A program made the position numbers and the translations under genes. From Eledone cirrhosa (Eukaryota), in contig OZ024742.1 in NCBI GenBank assembly GCA_964016885.1, forward strand, positions 242,544,001 through 242,608,000: a stretch of DNA of 64,000 nucleotides. The letters run 5' to 3'. The notes beneath the pieces were generated by a model. The model was not told where the DNA came from and did no database searches. It was given only the letters and a program-made list of their open reading frames with translations. Numbering within the stretch: position 1 is the stretch's first letter; each line of letters begins with the position of its first letter. This document shows positions 12,030 to 22,621 of the stretch, piece by piece.

Positions 12030-12330
12030 ACTCCGCCAGTTGCAGACTGTGCATCAACATGAGATATTTTCTCCACAAAGTTCGATCACCAGCAGCAGAG
12101 TTTATAGAGCAAAGATCAAGTCCAGTCCATTTGAAATGTAGTCGACCGAAAATGAATGACATAAATAGGAAACTCAGACGCAGAAATATCTTCAAATACA
12201 GTCGGTTACTAGAAATAATAGATTAGAAAACTGGGTAAAATACTCCTATGGACGGAAAAAAGTAGCAGGCATCTCAAAGAAAAATATTTTTATGATTTAA
12301 ATATCTTAATCCCGCATGCAAAATATGACG
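12030..12330 (-). mobile_element. Possible decayed RTE-clade LINE 3' fragment
   Basis: Peptide WTGLDL...AAGDRTLWRK resembles RTE C-termini; heavily degenerate. Confidence 0.35.
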
Positions 12331-12847
12331 TGTAGAGAGGTATATAACATGCAAAGATTTTATTAGAATAGATATAATTATATTTTGGTTGAAATCACTA
12401 CGCGGAAGATCATAGTTTTAGCAGATTATATATAAACAACGAACAAGACACACCGTTAAAATGATGATGTAATTTGAACAAGTAGTATATCCCTGTCGTT
12501 TGTTTTATTCGTGCAGAAGCATAATATTTTAATTTGCATATTCAATATTAAAAATTGAATATTTAGTGTAATATGTTGTTATTAATGTTTACCTATATTT
12601 TCATTTATATGATCTATTTTTAATTAATAAAACTATAATTATATAATGACCTAAAATGCATGAGAATTATATTGTAAAAATTGGTTAACTTAGCATTTAT
12701 TTTTCATAACTTATCTTTTACCAAAGTGCTCATCTTCATTTAATAGTCCCAATGAAATCAATAGAGTATACAGTTAGTTGACGTGTAACGCGTTACATAT
12801 ACAGACATATAACAAAATGATGAGACATATCTGTGGGCAAGTGTTTA

Positions 12848-12849
<2 letters not shown>

Positions 12850-12901
<52 letters not shown>

Positions 12902-12917
12902 TGCGTGTGTGTGTGTG

Positions 12918-12960
<43 letters not shown>

Positions 12961-13003
12961 GTGTGTGTGCGTGCGTGCGTGTGCGTGCGTGTGTATGTGT
13001 GTG
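12850..13003. repeat. (TG)n/(TGCG)n compound microsatellite
   Basis: Read directly from sequence. Confidence 0.97.
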
Positions 13004-13339
13004 TCTTTGTGTGTATTTAATGACGAGACAGCTTTATTGTCCTTTGTCCTTTTAAGTTAAGTTTTATAACATTTATGCGTTTACATTTAGAAAGGAAAAA
13101 GGAAGTTTCAGAGTAAAACATGTATCATACAATTAAAATGTAGGTTAATGGTTATTACATTATTCACTATCAGTTAGGATTCGTTATGGTATCATGGATA
13201 ATAAAATTGCACGTAGGCATGTGACATGAGCGTGTGTATAGGCGAGAAGCTAGAAAGGGGTTAGAGTAAAGAGAAAGAAAGTGCATACAAAAATAGAGAG
13301 AATGAGTTAAGGAAACATACATCTCTGGAGAAATATAAT

Positions 13340-13470
13340 GGTTTCTAATCTAGGCACAATGCTTACAATTAGGGCAAGAGTGAAGCAGGCTGATTAAATG
13401 TTCCCCTGTAATTCACTGGTACATTATTTTACCGACTCGGGAAAGATGAAACTTAAAATTGACCCCAAAG
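13340..13470 (-). mobile_element. Degenerate SINE 3' half (same family as 13679-13906)
   Basis: Reverse-complement similarity to the core and the CCTTGTGCC..AGAAA tail of 13679-13906. Confidence 0.55.
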
Positions 13471-13678
13471 GGCCATGTATTGTCTTCGACGATAAAAAAG
13501 GATCGATAAGAATGACCATACGCCTCTACCAACAGAGAGTAATACAGAGAGTAAAGAGAAGAAACATATAGCCATACTATCGGGAATACATATGATATAC
13601 GCCTTTCATAAACACAGACACACACACTCTCACTCTCACTCGCTCTATATACCTATTTATCTATCTGTCTATCTCTAA

Positions 13679-13906
13679 GGGCGGTGGATTGGCAGTATCG
13701 GTAGAAAGTCGGACACCATGCTTCATAGCATAGAGTTACGGTCCTTTACGGTTTGAGTTCAAATCCCGCCGAGGTTAACTTTGCCTTTCATTCTTACGGG
13801 GTCGATAAAATAAAGCACCAGTAACGTACTGGTGTCGATTTAATCGACTTTTACCCCACCCCCTCCCCCAAATTACTGGCCTTGTGCCTATACTAGAAAT
13901 CATTAT
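13679..13906 (+). mobile_element. tRNA-derived SINE
   Basis: A-box-like TGGCAGTATCGG, B-box GAGTTCAAATCCC, core CTTTGCCTTTCAT..GGGGTCGATAAAATAA; recurs at 14880-15086, 16628-16670 and 35420-35520. Confidence 0.85.
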
Positions 13907-14199
13907 CTTTCTATCTCTACCATTTATTTCTAGCTTTTTAGAATATGACGAAATTGAAATACAAACGGTTAATTTTCATCTTACATGGCAACAGATTGAT
14001 TTATAGTTCTATCACATCGTTGGATAATTTTTTTATCGACTAAGGCAAACAAAACAAAAAATGGTGACAAGAATATGATAGAACACTAATAAACAAATTT
14101 CTGAAAATACATACTACTAAGATTAAAGCTGTATATGCTAATCTGTGTAATAAACACAAATATGACTCAACCAAAACACAAAGATTGTGTGTATATGTG

Positions 14200-14880
14200 C
14201 AATACGATCTCTCATTCTGTCGACAAACACTTGGCCTCATTCAAGATATGCTTACAGTCGTTTCGAGCAATCAGAAATAGACTTCTGTTATGATCAAAGT
14301 AACCACGTTGATATTGCAGGTAATGTTGATTTCTGTGGGTAATAGTAGCTGAGAAGTCAGGTGTAAACCAAGACGGTGATTGAGGTTTCACCTGCTTTTT
14401 GAGAGATGACACAAAAGCATCAATACCAGCTTTCACCCAAGAACAAACTTCAGTGATACTATTTTCGGTGAGAAGTTTAAATATATCACCCCAAGGAGTA
14501 TCACGAAGAAAATCATGGAATGAATCCCAATAAAGTCGATAGTAACAACAATAAGTCTTTTTGATTGGAGTCTCATAACTAACAGAAGAGTGAAGGGAAA
14601 TATATCGGCAGACACATGATCGGAATTACCAAGAGGACTGAGTTTTGCGTTTGACAAGAACTAGGTGAAAAGATAAGAAACAGATCAAGGAGTGGTCCAT
14701 GTTTATCGGTAATATCGGGAAAACGAGTAGGGAAATTGACAATTTGTGTCAGAGTTGTGATTGAAAAATTGCAAGTGTGAATGTCAGTAACATCTGTAGT
14801 GTTAGAATGATTAAGCTAATTAACGTGATGAAGTCACTTAGCACAAAGATATTTGCAGAAGGATGCAAAGAAAGCGCCTT
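14200..14880 (-). mobile_element. Decayed Jockey/CR1/L2-group LINE fragment (end of APE domain)
   Basis: Peptides SPLGNSDH and PQSPSWFTP...ARNDCKHILNEAK. Confidence 0.65.
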
Positions 14881-15086
14881 GTCTAATTTTGGTTGAAGAG
14901 TAGCAGTTCGGGGAAGGGGGAATGTTGCTTAAATTGATTTCATTACTTTACTAATATTTTATCGACTCTGAAAGAATGAAAGGCAAAGTTGAACTCGGTG
15001 GCATTTGAATTCAGAATGTAAAATGCCGTAATTAAATGTTACAAAGTATTTTGTCCGATGCTCTAACGATTCTGCCAATCCACCAC
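14880..15086 (-). mobile_element. tRNA-derived SINE, reverse orientation
   Basis: Reverse complement of the 13679-13906 family (TTTTATCGAC..GAAAGGCAAAGTTGAACTCGG..TTTGAATTCAGAA..CTAACGATTCTGCCA). Confidence 0.8.
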
Positions 15087-17273
15087 ATTTATAATAACCC
15101 AATATAATACAGAAAGAAATCATCTTTGTTTTTATTGTTTAGTCATGATGGGAAAGACAGTGCTCGGGAATGGTTTTTCGAGGCTCTAACGATTTAACGA
15201 CAGGCCTTGGCTCGTGCTTTATTTTATCTTCCTAAAAAAGGTGAAAATGTGAAATTAACACTCCCAATTCGAGGCTTAAACTACTTTCAACTTGTTTCAA
15301 AATAAAGGTTCGAAATTTAAACACTTCGATGTGACCAATTAGAAACCTAATACACAAAATAACAATAGATGCTCTTAGTAGTGTTCAAAATGAAATAGCA
15401 ACTTTTCATACAGTATCAGAAAATAATTTGTAGATATATAAAGAGGCAGGAAAAGTAGCTAGATAAGTAGAAACAGCAGAACAGCACCGATATTTATACA
15501 CTAATCGGTTAAGGTTTGTGCATGGATGTAGAATTGTATAGGAACTACATAATTATCAATTAAAAATAAGATTTTATTTAATTGAAAATGAAATTATGAA
15601 ACTACGGCGTTTATCTGTTATTTTGCGTTCTTTCAGTGTTAACCTTTAATAGTTTCCATCTCATAATATTTATATCGACAATATGGAGATATCTCCTTGC
15701 TATAAAAGTGTATAATTACACATCTGCAGAAAGTTGTTAATGTCTATTGATGCATATCTAGATTTATGGAGTTTGCCATTTTAGATTAGTAACGCCCCAC
15801 AAGTTCCTTGTTGAAGGGAGTGTGATATTTGTTACATGTTTTAGTTTAGCATTGTATATGAGAGTGGCAAAAAGAATATTGTGGTTTACTAGATATATTG
15901 TAGTATTTAGTTATATCCTTATTTCATAAAGCACAAGTAATATTCTGAAGTCGACAAAATTAATTATAGTAGTTTCTCTACAAACGTATTGCCTTTTGCT
16001 GAAATTAGATTTCTAAAGAATATAATTTACGTTATTGGCTTGGAATATATTTTACATTTTTCTTTATGATGTATATATTTTATATAAGCATTACGTGTTT
16101 TTCATCTGCAAAATGTAAGTGATCTTTAGAAAAAGTTGCTGGTCAATAGATATGATTCATAATTAGAAAATATGGCTCATCTGTATGTTTATATTATCAG
16201 TCGTAATGTGTCGTTTTTATTGTAATAAACTATCAAAGATTATCACATTAAGAGTGACAGGTGGCTGAGATGATAGAATGTCAAATAACCAACTGAAGTG
16301 TTAATGGTCTATGACGAGTAATATGTCATCTAAGAGTTTATCCACGCAGTTATAAGTAGATACTATAAGGAGATATCATGCATTCTGTAAGTAGTAGTAG
16401 CACAGTAAAAGAATGTTCTTTTTCAATAGCTCGCAGTCTTGTGTTTAATTTCCCACGTAATACACTAAATTATATCAAAACGTCCATATATATATTGAAA
16501 TGGACATTCGTCGCCTATGTTTCAGGTGTTCAATCAACGGAGCTGTCTATTCATGAAATTAATGTGTACGTGGCTGAGCATTCCACACGCGTATTCCTTA
16601 GGAATATTCAGTGTAACTGAGTGTAACAAGGTTCAAATCCCGCCGCGATCAATTTGGCCTTACATCTTTTTGTTACATTTTCGTTAATTTTCTTGATTTT
16701 GGGGTCTCATTACAAAAATACATCACCCACATACCTGGTATATATTATAATCCCATACTTTGATAACATTTGTCTGTTGTAACTATATTTAATACAGTGA
16801 ACGTGTCTGTTAAAGCTACTTAAACGTGGCTACCATATAACTTGCCGCCAGGACACATGAAGAAGATTTCTGATGAACTAAATATTTCTGATGATTTCTA
16901 GTTTCAGAAAGACAGATATTTGAAATGTAATTATCGATAGCGTGTTTGTCCAATTATTATAGTGTGCATGAGAAAGAGAAACAGATGGACAGACATGGTG
17001 TGTGTATGTTTGTGCATGTGTGTGTGTGTGCGTGTGTGCGCGCGCGTGTGTGTCTGTGTCTGTGTCTGTGTGTATGTATGTGTGTGCGTACGTGTGTGTG
17101 TGTAAGCCATATCGGCAGTCGTTAAAGCGTGGAATTAAATGATTTGCGATATTTGTTCCAGCTCTCTTTACTCTACGTTCAAATTACTCCTGTTTAAATA
17201 TGGGAATTAATGGTGGCCTGGCACGTTTACTATAACGCCTACACACTCAAATGGCATGTCAAAAAATGATACC

Positions 17274-17331
17274 ATACAACTGAGAGACGCAAAGCTCTAA
17301 TAAAACTTTACTATGACAAAGAGTATATATT

Positions 17332-17363
<32 letters not shown>

Positions 17364-17418
17364 TATACTCTTTTTCATAGTAAAGTGTCATTGGAGCTTT
17401 GCGTCTCTCAGTAGTATA
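17274..17418. repeat. Inverted repeat (arms about 55 bp) around a TA/GA microsatellite
   Basis: CTGAGAGACGCAAAGCTC ... GAGCTTTGCGTCTCTCAG. Confidence 0.85.
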
Positions 17419-17423
17419 GTATC

Positions 17424-17468
<45 letters not shown>

Positions 17469-17479
17469 ATATATATATA

Positions 17480-17589
<110 letters not shown>

Positions 17590-17853
17590 AAGATGAAATC
17601 GAAAATGCAACTGGAGTCTTATTTTTAAAAAAATATATATATTTATTTGGTTCCTTTACCGGTTTCGCAGTTCTTCTGCTTTTCAAAAGTAGAGTTGAGA
17701 TGGAGGGTCTGCGGTTTTTCTCACACGTGAGAAAAACCACAGACCCTCCATCTCAACTCTACTTTTGAAGAACTGCGAAACCGGTAAAGGAACCAAATAA
17801 ATATATATATTTTTTTTTAAATAAGACTCCAGTTGCATTTTCGATTTCATCTT
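17590..17853. repeat. Fold-back palindrome (arms about 130 bp), probably Penelope-like terminal repeat
   Basis: Arms are reverse complements around about 17725 and contain a hammerhead motif. Confidence 0.9.
17651..17692 (-). ncRNA. Minimal type I hammerhead ribozyme, U3:A8 core variant
   Basis: Minus strand reads ctt-TTGAAAA-gcag-aagaa-ctgc-GAAA-ccgg-TA-aag. Confidence 0.65.
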
Positions 17854-17926
17854 TTTTTCCTTTATACTTTCACTCGTGTAGGACACCTCGGTTATTTTAC
17901 ATTTTGTAAAATAAACCTCACTTTCT

Positions 17927-17975
<49 letters not shown>

Positions 17976-17978
<3 letters not shown>

Positions 17979-18495
17979 CTATTTATTGCCACGAGGGCGC
18001 AAAAGAAGGGGACAAATACAAGGGGGGAGTTTACACAAAAAGGCGAGTAAAGAAAACAAATAACAAATATAAAATTAACAATAAAGTCCTCAATAGGGAG
18101 GAGGCGCTTTGGGGGGTCGCACCCCACCCCCCGAAAAAAGATGCAACCCTTCTCCTCAGGAGCACAGAGAGAGGGTGCTCCCTCGTTCCTTCATCTTTTC
18201 CAGCTACAGGCTGATGTAGAGAGAAGGCCCATTCACACCGGGCCATTCTCGCCACTTTCACCCACCTTTCATAAAAACGACTGGGGTGGAGCACCTCTCT
18301 CTCCATCCTGATCCTTCTTCCGAAATGATATCGGAAGAAACGGATCAGTTGTTGGCCAGAGAGAGAGGTGTCTGACCTCAGTCCTTTCAGACGCGTCCAC
18401 CATACAACCTCTTTCACCATGGCTATTACGCACAGAAACACCGCCTCTCCTTCATTTTTGAAGGGGGGAGGCGGCTTAATCGTTACTATGGCTTC
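17976..18495 (-). mobile_element. Tx1 LINE 3' fragment, copy B1, ending in (TA)n
   Basis: IKPPPPFKNEGEAVFLCVIAMVKEVVWWTRLKG, homologous to 60478-60810. Confidence 0.9.
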
Positions 18496-18501
18496 TTTAT
18501 G

Positions 18502-20640
18502 GATTTCTTTATTAGCCACAAGGGCACGAAAGAAGGGGACAAATACAAATGGGGTTTTACATACAGGTATATGAAAATAAAACTATAAATTAAAATAACA
18601 AATAACAATTGATATCCCCAATAGGGGGGAGGCGTTACACAGGGGTTGTACACACCCCGAAAAAATGTACAACCCTCATCTCCAGGAACACCAACAGTGA
18701 GTACTCCCTTTCCCTCTTCCTCTTTTTCCTCAACCTACAGACTTATATAGAGAGAAGGCCCAACTACTCGAGCCATCTTTGCCACATTCACCCACCTTTT
18801 ATAAAATTTGCTGGGGTACAACACCTCTCTCTCTATCCCGATTCTTCTCCCAAAATGATATTTGAAAAAACGAATCAGTTGCTCGCCGAAGAGAAAGGTG
18901 TCTGACCTCAGCCCTTTTAACCTCGTCCACCATATAACCTCTTTCACCATAGTCATAACACATAGGAAAACCGCCTCTCCCTCGTTTTTGAAGGAGGGTG
19001 GCGGTTTGAACATGCCAATGGACTCGGTGGTCAACTGGATTGGTCCCACCCGCGACAATAGTCGTTCTACATAGCCCCATAGGTTGGTAACGCCCGGACA
19101 GTGTAAAAATGCGCGCGCGACGGTTTCCTCGTCGCGCACGCATCTCGGACAGATCTTTTTCGAAGGGTCCCTACCCTGGCGCCCGTGTCTGTAGGGCTTG
19201 TCTCGAACTGGTAGAGCACCTCGGTAGCACTGCCAGGCCAGGGACTTTTGGAAGTTGTCCATTGGATTTTTGGAAGTTGTCCCGGGCGGAAGGTCCTACC
19301 GAACAGACTGGCCAGTTCGTCCGCCTCTACGCCCAGAGTTTCTCCGAGCGTATCGTCGCACTTGCTGCGGACCAACCCTCTATAGAATGTCGAAGTGGAG
19401 TCTCCACTGATCGCCGGGTCCGTTTGCCAGAGGTCTGTGAGCGCCTGAGCACATTCGATGTGCCAGTCGCCCATTTTCCTCGGTCTTTGCTTGACTCAGG
19501 ACTGCAGCTCGGTCAGCGAGACGAGTCGTGGGAAGGCTCGCTCACGAACGGGGCCCACACCAGTTGTCTGGTGAGGAATACGTGGAGGTCCCGCAGCCTG
19601 AGCGCGTATTTGCGCATCGTCTGCCACGGCACCCCCAGCCCTCCGTTTGAATGGTGTTGGTAGCAGATGGATCTTCTCACCAAAGGAGCCTGTTTCTTCC
19701 AAAGGAATTGGAAGGGCGCGCGCTCACTTTTGGTGAGCGTTTTGGCTAGACAAGGCACGACGGTCAAGCGGCGGTAGTAGATGACGGACGCTATAAAAGT
19801 GTTCGCCACCTCCGCTCGACCTTTCAAGGATAGTTTGCAATCGCCCCACTTCTGGGTGAGCGCAAACACCTTGGCCGTCACCTCGTTCCAGTTCTTATCC
19901 ACCTGGAGGTCCGGACAAAACCAGACCCCGAGCAGCTTTACCGGTCCTTCCGTCAAGTATCCGACGACGCCATCGGAAAGCATCGGTTTGCCTCTCCACG
20001 TTCCGAGTTGCAAACCGACGGATTTGTCTCGGTTCAGCTTCTCTCCTGTGAACCTTTCGTATTCCTCCAGTAAGGTACCGATCTCTCCGATTTGCGAGGT
20101 GCTCGACACCATTACTGTCACGTCGTCGGCGTAGGCCGACACCGCTTTTCGCAGTCCCGGTTCCAAAGGGATGCCCTGCAATAGCTCCACTTCCGCAGTA
20201 GTGGCTCGAGAGTCAGTACATACAGAAGGGAGGAGAGAGGGCATCCCTGTCGGATGGATCGCGTGATATGGAACGGCTCCGAGAGGTAGCCGTTCAACTT
20301 GACCCTTGAGCAGATGTTGCTGCTGTGCATTGCAGCAATCCAGCCCCTGAACACGGGTCCGAAGCCTGCCGCCTCGAGCACCGCATCCAGGTACCGATGG
20401 TCAACCCTATTGAAAGCTTTAGACTGATCAAAGTTGATCAGGACCCCACCGAAGCCGGGTTTACACCCTACCCTCTCTATGATGAATCGCATGAGGTGGA
20501 GGTTGTCGTGTATGGACCTGGTCGGGATTGCGCATGTCTGCGCTTCTCCCACCAGGTTTTCGACGACAAGTGCCAGCCTCTTTGCCAACACCTTGGCCAA
20601 AATCTGTAACTCTGTATTGAGCAGAATTATGGGCTGGAAG
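18502..20640 (-). mobile_element. 5'-truncated Tx1 LINE, copy B2, head-to-tail with B1
   Basis: RT motifs PIILLNTE, DQSKAFNRVDH, QGCPLSS, YADD; several frameshifts. Confidence 0.92.
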
Positions 20641-20806
20641 GTCAAATTTAGTAATGGCCAGAAGGCCAGCTGCTGGTCAGTGAGGGGGTGGAAGCAATAT
20701 ACATACATATATCTTCCTGTGCTCGGTAGGAGAGGGGAGATTGATAGAAAGGGATTTAGTGCACTTACACCTATATATACACACATACCTTCATCCACAC
20801 ATACAT

Positions 20807-20842
<36 letters not shown>

Positions 20843-21773
20843 ACATGCTAAATTTGACCTTTATAAAATAACCCATACCCCAAATAACTTCTCATTCACT
20901 ACCAGAAGCAGTCAACGAGTTGCTACCAAGATGAAAACTACTATGAAATCCCACAATGAATTCTATACTTGAATTTTCAAATCTCAAATTTTAACTCTTC
21001 TTATTATTAATTTTTCTTAATATTAATCAACATTTGAAAAGATGGCTTTTGCAGACCCATCGAAACCGGTCATTTTTTATACCCTTTATTATTTCCTTAC
21101 CTTATAAAATTATATGTTTTTTCACAAAAAAGTATTCTGTCTCTTATATATTCCATGTGCCATTACCAACCTCAATTTTCTCTATAACCTTCGTTTTGTG
21201 TAGTAAATTACACTTTTCATATATATATATATATATATTGAAGTTTGCTTGAAGCATTGTGGAATAATAAGGTAAATTTCTTTAAGTCGTTTGGAAGCCT
21301 CGACAATGCAAATGGGTAAATCTCCGGGTAACAACATCCGGTGGTGGAGAGAGAGATGTAAGTGGGTGTACGTTGAGATGCGTGGCGTGTATAAGACGGG
21401 TAGAGGAATGAAGGAAAGAGCATAAAGGATAAAATTAAAATAACAACACGAGAGAGAGTTACCTTGGGAGAGATTTAATTGTCCCTATATATTTCGGATT
21501 CACATCCGTCAAACTGGGGTTGTTTTCCGGGGTGAGGGAAAGGTTGTCTGTCTGAATATATATATATAAACATATATCTATAAATATATATTTGTATATA
21601 TATATATATACACACGTATGTATCTATGTATGTAGAAGACCGATTACTCAATGTAAACAACAGTGAAAATCATATCAAATGAAATGTAGATGCAAACCTT
21701 ATTTATTTGACCTAAACAGAGTAGATAGAGTCAACGGAAAAATATAAATTATATTTATGCTATCTTATACATG

Positions 21774-22258
21774 TGTACAGCCACCGGAAATAACATCTGT
21801 GAAATATACAGCGCCATCTAGCTATTAGCTAGCTACCTCACCGTGAAAAAAAACAACCCTTAGAAGCTACCAGAATAAACGACTACACAGCGGCTAAACA
21901 TCAAACGATTATTTCTGTATAAATAGAGTGGTTCCAAACACTTCGCCAGTCGACATTTGGCAGAGTCAACCCGCGTATCGTTGTTACTCGCCTCTGCCAC
22001 GCGTTGTCACTCACACACGCCTTGTACCTTGTATCGTCGCATCATGTGAAAATAAATAGCTGATCGAATTTACATCCCTCGCCTTGCTTCGTCCTTTCAA
22101 CTTGTGCTTTCGTCTGTTCATCCTTACCGTATGTGACAACAGTTCTTTTAAGGGCTATCTTCAGATACGATCAGACCGTATGCGATAGCAGACCTTTTAA
22201 GGACTATTCTCGGATCTGATCGGAAGTAGTGACCAGACTGACTAACCACGTCGCTACA
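21774..22258 (+). repeat. 5' LTR (485 bp)
   Basis: Direct repeat of 26627-27111 with roughly 16 substitutions counted by eye. Confidence 0.95.
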
Positions 22259-22260
22259 AT

Positions 22261-22292
22261 TGGTGACCCCGACGTGATTCGAACGCGCAACC
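22261..22292 (+). promoter_or_regulatory. Primer binding site complementary to the tRNA-Trp 3' end (extended, about 32 nt)
   Basis: TGGTGACCCCGACGTGATTCGAACGCGCAACC; reverse complement reads GGTTGCGCGTTCGAATCACGTCGGGGTCACCA. Confidence 0.85.
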
Positions 22293-22317
22293 AGACAAAA
22301 CCTAAGAAGATACCAAC

Positions 22318-22621
22318 ATGGACATGTCAAAAACAACGACAGAGGCCGAGATTTCAGAGCTGCGGGCTATAGTCAGAGAGCGGGCTGGTCAAATTAAAGC
22401 CCTCTCAAATCAAGTAGAGAACCTGACCTTTCAAACACACCGGCGACGCAGCAACGGTCATCCAGGCCTTTTTACAGTCGAAGATCCAGAAATCCCAGTC
22501 AAAATCGTGTGTTTGGCAACCTCTGCTGGTATCACGAAGAATTCGGCGCACAGACATCTAAGTGTACGGCCCCGTGCTCTTTCCAGAATACCACCCAGGG
22601 AAACGGGCAGGCCAGGGCTAG
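22318..22621 (+). pseudogene. gag: Gypsy gag C-terminal remnant
   Basis: CWYHEEFGAQTSKCTAPCSF Cys/His motif near 22524-22583; slippery-site-like GGGAAAC at 22598-22604 before TAG. Confidence 0.7.

Noticed and set aside
13679-13775. tRNA genes at SINE heads (also 37257-37330) and at the PBS
   Set aside because: No complete cloverleaf; they continue into SINE cores or are primer sites.
15100-16950. Possible host exons in AT-rich unique-looking sequence (also 48180-49300)
   Set aside because: No ORF with credible composition and splice context; small exons cannot be excluded without RNA-seq.
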